Assembly: GCA_965242865.1 (NCBI GenBank)
Contig: CBDETK010000013.1
Span: 1,280,001 to 1,344,000, forward strand
From: Candidatus Latescibacterota bacterium
Lineage (GTDB): Bacteria > Latescibacterota > UBA2968 > UBA8231
Length of the DNA stretch: 64,000 nt
Direction of reading: 5' to 3'
Of the stretch, positions 11,025 through 20,800 are shown piece after piece. The number at the start of each line of letters is the position of its first letter. Position 1 is the first letter of the stretch. The notes beneath the pieces are model-generated. The model had not been told where the DNA came from and did no database searches. It worked only from the letters and a program-made list of their open reading frames with translations. Made by a program: the position numbers and the translations under genes.

Positions 11025-13311
11025 TCAGAAGAAGACCTTGTGCAGCAGGCGCAGGTTGCGGCCCGGCTCGGGCAGGATTTCCTTGACCCGGTTGAGGTGG
11101 TTGCGGTACACCGCGTTAGTGGCGTTTTCCAAGGTCAGGGCCAAGGTGTGCAGACGCTTTCCCCACTGCGCGTAGTACTGACTCGAAAAATCCAAGACCG
11201 CGTACCCCTCCGTAGGCTGTTCAAACTCGCCGACTCGGTTCTGCGCGGCCGCGAGGCGCAGCGCAAGGGTCGCACTCAGTGCCTCGCTGGGTTCGCAGGT
11301 CAGGCTCAGATGCCCTTGCAGGGGCGGCAGCCGCGGCAGGGGTTCGCGGTTGCGGTCCACGAGGTGACCGCGCACATAGCTGAGGCTACCACCCCCCTTC
11401 CACCGGGCCGCCAAACGCCAATCGAAATTGGCTTCGACGCCGTGCATGAGGACGCGCTCCCCCACAGTCCGGTAGAGAAACAGATCGGCGCGCCGCAGGC
11501 TGCGCTCGCCGCTGTTCTTGGGGAAAATGTACCCGTCAATGGCGTTGCGGAAGACCGCCAAGTGCAAATGGCCCTCTTCGCGGTGGTAGTCGGCGAACAG
11601 CTCCAGTCCCAAGCCGCGTTCGCTGTCGAGGGCCCCATTGCCCACCTCGTACGAATAGGCGGCCAAATGCGGCCCCTCGGCGAACAGCTCTTCAATGCCC
11701 GGGGCGCGAAAGGTGCGCATCACGGTCGCGCCCAGCGTCACGGTCGGGCTGGGGCGATAGTGGTTGGACAAGCCGGCGGACATACCGGCAAAGTCGCGCG
11801 TCTCAATGCGGCCGACTCTGCGCGAGTCGCGCTCCGCACGCGGCTCGACGCGGCGGGCATCAATTCGCAGAGCCCCATTGACCTCCCACGGGGATCTCGC
11901 CCACTCCTGATACACAAACAAAGCACCGGCGTATTCTTCGGCCGGCGGCGTGTAGGTCAAACCGGCCTCGGCATAGTTGCGGTACTCGTACCACAGACCG
12001 ACCTCGCCGTTTGCAAAAGGCCCCATGCGCTCTAGGTGGGCCAGTGCACCGCTGTTGTGCGTGAGCACGCCGTACTCTAAGCCCAAGTCGCCACTCTCCT
12101 CGAATTCGCCGTGCTGGTAACGGGAAAACGAGTGGTGCAGCACTAGGCGCTGGAGCCAAGCCGGCCCGGCAAAAATTTCGCCGCGACCAACGAGATGCTG
12201 GCGCTGGAGATCGATGGCTACGCCGTCTGGGTGGGCACCCTCCGGGTCGGGGGGAATGCCGTAATCGGAGATGTACAGACTGCCGGACGCGCCCATATAC
12301 CCCCAAGGCTGGACCAGACTTAGGCCGGCCGAAGTATTGCCCGTGCGGAGGTCCGTATTGGCGAGCACTCCGCGTGGAGTGGCAATATCGTCGGCATTGC
12401 GCAGACTGCTGTCCAAGCGCAGGGCCAGTGGACCGAGCACCTGTTCGAGGGTCAGGCCGCCAGACAACCCTCGGTTGACGCTCTCCCCTTGATAGGTCAC
12501 CGAGCCTCCTAAGCCAGCGGGCTGCTCGGAGGGCACGTACCCTCGCACCACGTTGACGACTCCGCCCAAAGCGTTGGAACCGTAGAGCAAGGTGCGGGGG
12601 CCGCGCACGATCTCGATGCGCTCAGTAGTCATCGGCTCGATGGCCACCGCGTGGTCCGAGGAAGTACCGGACAAATCGCCGGTGCGCTCGCTGTCTTCGA
12701 GTATTAGCAAGCGATCGCCGCCTAGCCCGCGCAGCACCGGACGTGCGGGCGCGGGCCCCATCGTGCGTTGGGCAATGCCCGGCTCGCCGGCGATGGTCTC
12801 GGCGATGGTGTAGCTCAAATTCTGGCGCAGTTTGCTGCCGCTGAAGACGACTTCCGGCTCCCGTAGCGGCAGCAGCACCGCCGCGGCCTCGCCTTCGACC
12901 ACGATGGCCTCTAGATGCAGAGCCTCGTGGCCGAGGGCGAGTTCGACCTGCGTGGTATCGCCGGCGACGACCTCGACCTTAAAGCGCGCCTCGCGGTAGC
13001 CGACGTGGAGGCTTTGCAGGACGTGCGTACCGGGCGGTACGTTGGCGAAGAAAAAGGACCCCTCAGCGTCGCTAATCCGCGCTCGGTCGAGCCCCTCGAT
13101 AACGACGGTAGCCCAACCAACGGGCTGGCCGCTTTCGGCGTTGATTGTGCGGCCAGCGAGCGAGCCAGTCTGGGCGCCAGAGGCGGGGCCTATCGCCAAG
13201 CTCGAGAGGAAAAGTGCTACGAGGCAACGGACGCAGCGACAAGCTCCGCACCGCGACGAATGCGCGATTTGACAGTTAGCGTACCGAGATGAGCAGGGCG
13301 TTGAGACGCAT
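11025..13311 (-). CDS. TonB-dependent receptor, probably metal uptake; start uncertain
   Basis: Carboxypeptidase-like N-domain, plug RPVLRG and IEIVRGP..LLYGSNALGGVVNV, C-terminal PGRNLRLLHKVFF. Confidence 0.9.
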
Positions 13312-13314
13312 GGC

Positions 13315-13845
13315 CTACTCGTCATCGTGGTCATCGTCATGCTCATCGTCGTGGTCATCGTCATGCGAGGCTTCAGACCCCGGCCCGCCTTCTTCGACGT
13401 GGATTTCGATTTCCTTAGAGACGAAATCGGCGTGGTCCCCGTGGTTGATTTTGATGACGATGGTCGTCTGGCCCTCTTCCAAGCCGACGATGTGAAAAGC
13501 CCAAGCACCGTCTTCGGCGTGATGCTCGACTTCGGCGATGCTCTCGTCGGCAATTTCCCAGCCAAGGGCGAAGCCTTCGGCCGGGTCTGGGGTGAAGAGG
13601 TCGCCATCTTCGGCGATAAAGCGCACGGACAGCAGGGCCGTTTCCAAGCCGTGGCCCACTTCGATTTCGCCTTCGACCTCGCCGTTCTCGTAGCGGACGA
13701 TCTCCTCGCCGCTGTTGCGAATGATCAGGCCGACAGCTTCGGCGTGTTCTTCTAGGTTGGCATCAACGGGATTGTCGTCGTCGCCGCAGCCCGCAATAAA
13801 GAGCGCAAGGGCAAAGATGCCCACTGCAAATATGTTTTTAAGCAT
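13315..13845 (-). CDS. Lipoprotein with His/Asp-rich C-terminal tail
   Basis: Lipobox FIAG-C after a signal peptide; tail HDDDHDDEHDDDHDDE. Confidence 0.85.
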   Translation of the reverse strand: MLKNIFAVGIFALALFIAGCGDDDNPVDANLEEHAEAVGLIIRNSGEEIVRYENGEVEGEIEVGHGLETALLSVRFIAEDGDLFTPDPAEGFALGWEIADESIAEVEHHAEDGAWAFHIVGLEEGQTTIVIKINHGDHADFVSKEIEIHVEEGGPGSEASHDDDHDDEHDDDHDDE

Positions 13846-13957
13846 GGTGCTAGTCTCCAATGGTTTAACCCGGACTGCGCGTTGGACGCAGAACGGGGAT
13901 TTAATGGATATGGATATGGATATGGAGAGGGGCACCCACGCACTGCGCGTGGATGCA

Positions 13958-14272
13958 CTAGCACCGGGGCGGGCCTCGGTTGAAATGGGTAAAGCGCGGG
14001 TTAAAAAGGGGCAGGGGTACGGTGCGCGGAGTAGCCGGGCCTAGCGCAACGGCGTTTGAGGCCACGAGCACGAGCGGCAGGCTTAAAAAAAGAAGCGATA
14101 AGCTGCTCTGCAGCAGGCAGGTCGGACAGTGCTCAGACTCGCCGAGGCTCTCGTGGAAAAGCTGGTGACCGAAGGGCAAGCCGCCGATGACCGCGGCAAA
14201 GAGCACGGTCAGCACCAGCAGGCCCAGCGAGTGCGCCGAGCGCGTCGAGTTGTCTGTTTTGCGCGTTAACAT
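13958..14272 (-). CDS. DUF2946/CruR-like upstream ORF (TM, CxxC, C-terminal RGPP)
   Basis: TM helix, HQLFH..HCPTC, second hydrophobic stretch, ends NRGPPRC*; lies upstream of a TonB receptor operon. Confidence 0.75.
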   Translation of the reverse strand: MLTRKTDNSTRSAHSLGLLVLTVLFAAVIGGLPFGHQLFHESLGESEHCPTCLLQSSLSLLFLSLPLVLVASNAVALGPATPRTVPLPLFNPRFTHFNRGPPRC

Positions 14273-14434
14273 GACCTTGTATTGAGTATAGTGGTCAACA
14301 ACAAAAAAGTAAACCCGCGCCTTTCTCCATCGAGTCTTGCTCTTTACTCGGCAATGCCTACTTTCTTAATCATACAGCATACAGCAGTTCAGATTTGCCG
14401 AACCTCCCGATCCCAATGCTTAGGAGGCTGTGGA

Positions 14435-15685
14435 GTGCCCTTTGATTTTTTGGGGATATTAGCCCGTTTTTTTGATTTCCTCTGGTCGTCCTTCCTGTTG
14501 TTAGCACCCATGCTGTTGCTGGGGCTGTTCCTTTCCGGCCTGATCCACGTATTCATCTCCCGCCGAGCCATACTCCGCTGGCTCCGCGACGATAGCCTAA
14601 AGTCCGTAGCCACGAGCTCGGCTATTGGCGTGCCGGTGCCGCTGTGCAGTTGTTCGGTCGTGCCCGTAGTCGCCGAGATGCACAACAAGGGGGCGTCCCG
14701 TTCGTCCTGCATGTCTTTCCTGATAACCGCGCCTGAAACGGGTGTAGACTCGATTTTGGTCACCAACGCCTTTTTCGGCTTCGTCGTCGCCCTAGTCCGC
14801 CCCATCATTAGCTTTATCACCGCGGTCGTCGCCGGGCTTTTCTGCATTGGCCTCATAAAAGACGACCGCGACGCAACCAAGACGAGCGATTGCGACCCCT
14901 ACCACGACTGCAATCACGCCCATGGCTCGCACCAATCACTCATGCCCGACCGGGATGATTGCTACGTCAGCCCCGCTCAACTCAAGGTATTGCTGGTCAA
15001 CTGGCTCAAGGAGTTGGCCCTAGCAGCCGGCCGGTGGCGGTCCGGCTTGGGGGCAAAACCGGGCGTCGTCCCCACAGACGATTCGGGGCTCGACTTCAAG
15101 AAGCTGGTCAAGCACGTCTTTCGCTATGGCTTTGTCGAAATAGCAGACGATATCCTCTTCGCGTTGCTCGTGGGGGTCGCGCTGGGCGGGGTGCTCTTTC
15201 TGGCACTTCCGAGCGATTTGATGGCCAACGAGTACGCCCGCTATCTGTCCTATCCCGTCATGGTGCTGATCGGCGTTCCCCTCTATATCTGCGCATCCGC
15301 CAGCACCCCGATCGCCGCGGCACTCGTTGCCAAGGGGATCAGCCCGGGCGCGGCCCTGATTTTTCTCATGACCGGACCGGCCACCAACACCGGCACGATC
15401 GCGATTATCGTCAGCCGGTTCGGCACCCGCTTTGCCTCCATCTACGTCGCCGTGGTCATCGCGGTGACGGTCGTCCTCGGCATCGCGATCGACGCGCTAC
15501 TTTTGGCCGCTGGTCTGGCGATTTCCGTCAACCTCGACGCCTCCCATTCGCCGGCCATTCAGTTCCTGCAATGGGGCAGCGCTGTTCTCCTCATCGCCCT
15601 GATCATCTGGCGATTCCGGGCCGGTGCCCTGCGAAGCGGCTACGAGCACATGCTGCTCAACATCCGCAGCTCAAGCGACCCTTGA
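14435..15685 (+). CDS. SO_0444-type (ArsP/DUF318) metal permease
   Basis: PLCSCSVVP, APETGVDS, His/Cys loop, PLYICASASTP, GPATN; GTG after AGGAGG. Confidence 0.88.
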   Translation: MPFDFLGILARFFDFLWSSFLLLAPMLLLGLFLSGLIHVFISRRAILRWLRDDSLKSVATSSAIGVPVPLCSCSVVPVVAEMHNKGASRSSCMSFLITAPETGVDSILVTNAFFGFVVALVRPIISFITAVVAGLFCIGLIKDDRDATKTSDCDPYHDCNHAHGSHQSLMPDRDDCYVSPAQLKVLLVNWLKELALAAGRWRSGLGAKPGVVPTDDSGLDFKKLVKHVFRYGFVEIADDILFALLVGVALGGVLFLALPSDLMANEYARYLSYPVMVLIGVPLYICASASTPIAAALVAKGISPGAALIFLMTGPATNTGTIAIIVSRFGTRFASIYVAVVIAVTVVLGIAIDALLLAAGLAISVNLDASHSPAIQFLQWGSAVLLIALIIWRFRAGALRSGYEHMLLNIRSSSDP

Positions 15686-15738
15686 CCCGCCATCGGCTCT
15701 CCCCGGGCGTCAGCAGCTAGTTTTCAGTCATAGCCATC

Positions 15739-16533
15739 GTGGAATCAAATTCTCTACTAATTTTGTCGGCGTACTCAGCCGCCCTCTTTGCCGCTTCCTT
15801 GCTCGGCGGGAAACTGGCGACCGTGGGCACCATGACGCATACGCGCACCCAGATCGTGATGAGTCTGGTGGCCGGCTTCATCCTCGGCATCGCCATGTAT
15901 CACCTGCTCCCCCACAGCGTTGAGCACATTTCCGGGCCTGAGAAAACAAAAAAAGCCATGGGCTGGATGGTGTTCGGCATGGTGCTGATGATTTTTTTGC
16001 TACATATCTTTCACTTTCATCAGCACGACTTCAGCGCTGAGGCGAGCGATTTATACGATCAACGCGGCCACGGTGGGGTACATTCGCGGAGTTTATTGGG
16101 CATTGCCCTCGGCCTGGGGGGGCATACCGCGATCGAAGGGAGCGCCCTCGGCACTAGTATGCATAACGACAGCACCGGCACCTTGGCCGGGCTGGGGGTA
16201 TTCCTCGCCATTTTGCTGCACAAGCCGCTCGAGGCGTACTCCATTATCGGCATGATGCAGTCCGCCGGTCGCAGTCCGCGCACCTGCACGGCCGCCAATG
16301 TTGGGTTTGCCCTGCTGTGCCCTGTGGTGGCACTGGCGAGTTTCTGGGGGGTGGGATTGCTCGGCCCGCAAGCAGGGGCTATCGTCGGCTACATGCTGGC
16401 CTTTGCGGCCGGCGCGTTCCTGTGCATTGCCTTGAGCGACCTGCTGCCGGAGATCCATTTCCACAGCCACGATCGCGGCAAGCTCATCGCAGCACTCCTC
16501 GTGGGCATCGGTCTGGCCTACGCGCTGTGTTGA
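15739..16533 (+). CDS. ZIP family metal transporter
   Basis: HLLPH, HFHQH loop, HTAIEG, LHKP, DLLPE. Confidence 0.88.
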   Translation: MESNSLLILSAYSAALFAASLLGGKLATVGTMTHTRTQIVMSLVAGFILGIAMYHLLPHSVEHISGPEKTKKAMGWMVFGMVLMIFLLHIFHFHQHDFSAEASDLYDQRGHGGVHSRSLLGIALGLGGHTAIEGSALGTSMHNDSTGTLAGLGVFLAILLHKPLEAYSIIGMMQSAGRSPRTCTAANVGFALLCPVVALASFWGVGLLGPQAGAIVGYMLAFAAGAFLCIALSDLLPEIHFHSHDRGKLIAALLVGIGLAYALC

Positions 16534-16577
16534 ATCCAGCACCCTCCATGGGCTACTAGCCCGGCCGCGATCCAACG

Positions 16578-17588
16578 CTAGATCGCCACCTTCTGCCCCT
16601 TCTCGACCGCTTCGATCTCCTTCAGGCACAACAGCAGGGAGTTGCGCGCGCTCTGACCGCTCAGCTCCTGCGAGGCCCGGCCGTGGGCGATTGCATCCAC
16701 CGCTTCCTGCAGTTCGCCGACGAAGCCATCCTCGCCCGGCAGGGGCGGCGTGCAGACCTCGCCGTCCTTGGTCAACAGGTGCGGCGGCTGGCCCCAAGAC
16801 GAGTTGTACTTGAGCGTGGCCTCCTCAAAGTACACGTCATAACCGTGCTCAAAGGGACAGCCCGATTGCGCCAACCAGCCGCCTTCGGCGCTGATCGCCA
16901 TGGGGCTGTCGTACTGGTAGTGCGTGTTGATGTACTCAACCGTGCCGCCGCGGCCGACGTACCCTTGCGCGCTGACTGCGGCGGGCATCCCAAACAAAAA
17001 CTGCACGAAGTCCGCGTCGTGGATGTGTAGGTCGATCGCGGGGCCGCCGGTCCGCTGCAAGTCGGCGGGTGCCCACCACGCCGGGCGTGCGATGATCCGC
17101 TTGAAGTGGGCGGCGAGCACCGGGCCGTGCTCTGCGCTGGCGACGAGCTGTTTGATCAGCCGGAACTCTGGAAAATACCGCAGGACGTGGGCCACCATAA
17201 ACTGCCGCTGGTGTTGTTGGGCCGCGGCCACGATTCGGTCGGCGTCGTCCAAGGCTACGGCAATGGGTTTTTCCAATAGCACGTGCTTGCCCGCGGCCAA
17301 GGCGCGGATGCTGGTCTCGACGTGCATCGTCGTCGGCAGGCAGATATCTACCAAGTCGATTTCTCCATCGGCGAGCAGCTCGTCCAGCGTTTCGTAGCAC
17401 CGCACTCCCGACAAGTCCTGCACCCCGCCGCTGTCGCCAAAATTGCCCTGAATATCGCGCCAATCCCCGGCGCGCTTTTTGGGATCGCGCGAGACCAGGG
17501 CCGCGACTTGGCCCCCTTTAACTTGGGCCATCGCCTTGTAGTGAGTCATGCCCATAAAGCCGATGCCAACAATGCCGATGTGGACCAT
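16578..17588 (-). CDS. Gfo/Idh/MocA oxidoreductase
   Basis: GIVGIGFMG, LEKP, DLHIHD. Confidence 0.92.
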   Translation of the reverse strand: MVHIGIVGIGFMGMTHYKAMAQVKGGQVAALVSRDPKKRAGDWRDIQGNFGDSGGVQDLSGVRCYETLDELLADGEIDLVDICLPTTMHVETSIRALAAGKHVLLEKPIAVALDDADRIVAAAQQHQRQFMVAHVLRYFPEFRLIKQLVASAEHGPVLAAHFKRIIARPAWWAPADLQRTGGPAIDLHIHDADFVQFLFGMPAAVSAQGYVGRGGTVEYINTHYQYDSPMAISAEGGWLAQSGCPFEHGYDVYFEEATLKYNSSWGQPPHLLTKDGEVCTPPLPGEDGFVGELQEAVDAIAHGRASQELSGQSARNSLLLCLKEIEAVEKGQKVAI

Positions 17589-17618
17589 TATTTCCTCCTT
17601 GTGTGGAACTGGGAACCG

Positions 17619-17967
17619 CTAGAATAGGCGCGGAGGACGACTGCTGTCAAGGTGCTGGTCCGGTAGAAAACGCTCATCCAAGGGCATTCGCTGGGGTTCA
17701 ATCGCCAGCGGTTGAACCAAGTTCGTCGTCGTCGCAAGATACCACTGGTCTTTGCCTGCCTCGGCCATCAGCGGCTTCAATTCAAGGGCACCGGCGCGGA
17801 ATTGGCGCAGACGCTCAGGAGCAACCTGCACGACCAGATAGCGATCTTGCCCGTCCTCGCTTTCTATCAGCAGGGCCAGATATTGCCCGTCCTCGGCGTC
17901 GCGGGCTTCAAATAGCTGCGGGCCCGTCGTATTCAAACAGCGTGTTCGTGTGGCGAATCGTCGTCAT
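17619..17967 (-). pseudogene. DUF6575-like gene, frameshifted and 3'-truncated
   Basis: ATG 17967 overlaps the UvrD stop and gives MTTIRHTNTLFEYDGP; QLFEARD..YLALL continues in another frame after GGGCCCG (~17922). Confidence 0.65.
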
Positions 17968-19895
17968 CTGGTTTCCACCGTGCATTGTGTCAGTATATTG
18001 GTGCAGGCTGTCTGCGTTGGTAATCCCATCTCCCCCAGAAACCGCGAAGGCTTCTTAGACCAACCAGCATAAGACTCGGCCCAAGTCAGCGTCAGACTTG
18101 CCTGAGTGCGCGTAATGGCCACAAAGCAGTTGCGTCGTTCTTCCTCAATGTCGCCACTCCGTACCGCATAATACGAGGGCAGTTGATCTTCGGCCAACCC
18201 GACCAGATAGACGTGCTGAAATTCTCTGCCTTTGGCCAGAGGAATCGTCAAACATTGGACGTCATCACTTGCCGGAAATGATGCTTTGGGACTCAGATCG
18301 AGCTCCTGAAGGAATTGATTCAGCGTCGGATTACCGCCGAGGCTTTGTTGGATACTTCTCTGCAACCCCTTCCACACCTGTTTTTCTTTTATTTCTTCGT
18401 TGAAATCCGCATCGGGACCTTTGGTAGGACCAGCCCTTCGATCGCTCCATTCAAAGACATCGTTCACGAAATCTCGATACTCGAGCCGTTCCAAGAGAGG
18501 ATCGCGAAGAGCAGTTAACAAAGGGGCGGCTGCTTCTCCCACCGACCGCGACGCGCTAGCGACAACTCCCCTCAGCAGAGAGCCACCATTCAGGCTGCTT
18601 TCCGCGTCGGCGTCTTCAGGCTGTACATCCACTGCGGAAAGATCCCGCAATGCTCGACACAAAACGGCCAATTGCTCGCCATCCCTTGGCGCATTTGCCA
18701 AACGCAACGCAGAGTGAATGAAGCGCAGCAGGGGAGACTCGAATTCGTTCTTTCGCTTCACGAGATATGGCGACAATCCTGCCTCCGTCAGTGCATCGGA
18801 CGCATATTCCAAAAGTTTCTTGTTGCGAGCGAGAATCGTGCATTGACCGGGATCAAGTGGTCTCTTCTCTATATCGCTGGCAATCCACTTCATTTCTTGC
18901 TCGTGATCGGCGAATTGCCTGAGTCGGACTACATCGGGCTTAGGCGAACCGACAACCGATACGAGCGGCTTCCTGTCCGCCGCCCGGTCCGAGTTGTGCC
19001 GAATCAGGTTGTTCGCTAGTTCAATCACGTCGGGAGGACACCGGAAACTCTCTGGGAGTTGGACAACCTTCATATTGTAGTCGGCTTGGAGTTTTCGGAT
19101 GCGCTCGGGATTGGCACCATTCCATTGGTAAATCGTCTGGTCATCGTCTGCGACTACAAAAAGATTGGCACTAGAATCAGGGTAAAGAGTACGCAACAGG
19201 AGGTCCTGAGCCATGTTTGTATCCTGATACTCGTCCACGCAGGCAAATGGATAGACCGTGCGGTAGTGCTGGGCAATTCTCGGCCGTTCGCGGAAGAGGC
19301 GCAGGCAGCAGACTAGTAGCATCCCAAAGTCGAGATAGTTTTCACCGATCAGCAGCCGCATATAGGAGTTGTAGATCGGTCGGATCCACTCTATATCAGA
19401 CCCTTGGAACGGCAGCGGCGCATCTTTTTCGTCATGGCCTTCCCTAAGTAAGCGGTCGACCATCTGTACGATGCTGTCCCCCGTCACCGCATCCGGCAAA
19501 CCTGCGACCTCAGCGTCCTCAATAGCTTCGTCTAACAACTGAAGTCGGTCCGCGTCTTGAGTAAGTATCTTGAAGTCCGGGCGTAAGCCTAAATGGCTGC
19601 CGTGTTGGCCCAGCACTTCCATTGCAAAGGAGTGAAATGTCGTAAGGTGAGCCCGATGCGCTTTGAGACCGAGCCTTTGAGATACCCGATTTCTCATCTC
19701 ATCGGCCGCCTTCGTAGCGAATGTCAGCCCGAGAACCTTGAATCGGCTCTCAGGAGATTCCAGAATCAGCCGTGCGACGCGCATAGCCAAAACCAACGTC
19801 TTTCCCGACCCTGGGCCAGCAAGGACCAACATGGGACCGTCATTCCACTCCGCTGCTTCCCGCTGATTGGTGTTCAGACACTCCATTTCGAGCAT
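17964..19895 (-). CDS. UvrD/Rep SF1 helicase (GajB-like context)
   Basis: AGPGSGKT, VDEYQD, DDDQTIY, KGREF, EERRNCFVAITR. Confidence 0.92.
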   Translation of the reverse strand: MLEMECLNTNQREAAEWNDGPMLVLAGPGSGKTLVLAMRVARLILESPESRFKVLGLTFATKAADEMRNRVSQRLGLKAHRAHLTTFHSFAMEVLGQHGSHLGLRPDFKILTQDADRLQLLDEAIEDAEVAGLPDAVTGDSIVQMVDRLLREGHDEKDAPLPFQGSDIEWIRPIYNSYMRLLIGENYLDFGMLLVCCLRLFRERPRIAQHYRTVYPFACVDEYQDTNMAQDLLLRTLYPDSSANLFVVADDDQTIYQWNGANPERIRKLQADYNMKVVQLPESFRCPPDVIELANNLIRHNSDRAADRKPLVSVVGSPKPDVVRLRQFADHEQEMKWIASDIEKRPLDPGQCTILARNKKLLEYASDALTEAGLSPYLVKRKNEFESPLLRFIHSALRLANAPRDGEQLAVLCRALRDLSAVDVQPEDADAESSLNGGSLLRGVVASASRSVGEAAAPLLTALRDPLLERLEYRDFVNDVFEWSDRRAGPTKGPDADFNEEIKEKQVWKGLQRSIQQSLGGNPTLNQFLQELDLSPKASFPASDDVQCLTIPLAKGREFQHVYLVGLAEDQLPSYYAVRSGDIEEERRNCFVAITRTQASLTLTWAESYAGWSKKPSRFLGEMGLPTQTACTNILTQCTVETR

Positions 19896-19897
19896 AG

Positions 19898-20764
19898 TTA
19901 TTCCCCAGCACCAGCGAGTTTGATGACCTTATTGAGAATTTCCGACAACGGCTTGGGAACAGGTAAATCGTTCTCCGGTGCTGTCATTCTCGGCAGGTCG
20001 CGCACAAGGCCCATCAGCGAGCGGATGGCGGACGGATGCAAATGGGCCTCCGGTTCCTCAAGGGCCGTAATCGGCTCGGCCACGGGATCGAGATCAGAGA
20101 GCTGGCGGACCTCCAATAAGGGTTTATGCGCCTCAATTAGCCGACGGTTCAAAACGGCGAGTTCCTCTTCGAGTTCCTTCTTTTTATCTGCGGGAACGCC
20201 AAGCTCGGCGAGGAAGGTGCGCCAGAAGCGACCATTGGCGACAAAATGCCTCGAAGCATCCCGCAAAGCGGAGAGGTAGAACGCCGGCACCATGCGCTGA
20301 AAGGTCATGAGTTCAGTTACCGTCTTTGCTCGTCCTAGCAAGGGGTTCCCGTTCGCATCGAGAAAATCCCAGTCCGTTACGGGTTCGGTGCCGTTGTGGT
20401 CAAAGGACGACGTTACCCACAGGGTCACCTGACGGCGATCCTCATCGTCAAAGGTGACGAGCTCGTTAAGTGCTTGCGCGACCTCATCCAGCCATGGTGC
20501 GGAGTCCGTCTCGGCAAATGACAGTTTTATCTGGATTGGATCGGCTTCTGCGGGTGTTGACCCTTCGTCGGAAAGGTGATAATCGTATTCGTTGAACGGC
20601 CCGCGACCCCGGCCGCGCAACCGTTCCAAGCAGATGCGAATAGCCTCCAAAAACGCAGTTTTACCCGAGTTGTTCTCGCCAATCAGGACCGTCGTTTCGT
20701 CGAGATTGACGCTGAGTTCCTTGATGCAACGGAAGTTGCGAATCTCAACGGTGGTCAGCCTCAT
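19898..20764 (-). pseudogene. OLD-family ATPase/nuclease (GajA/YbjD-like) with internal deletions
   Basis: IRNFRCI, GENNSGKT, EEPEAHLHP; only 288 aa, with no TOPRIM VEG/DxD region. Confidence 0.75.
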
Positions 20765-20800
20765 TCAGGATACTCTCCCGTTTCAGATTTTGATTGACCG

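Noticed and set aside
13312-13607. Long N-terminal extension of the TonB receptor ORF
   Set aside because: Overlaps the lipoprotein gene in another frame; the MTMTTT run is the shifted His/Asp tail.
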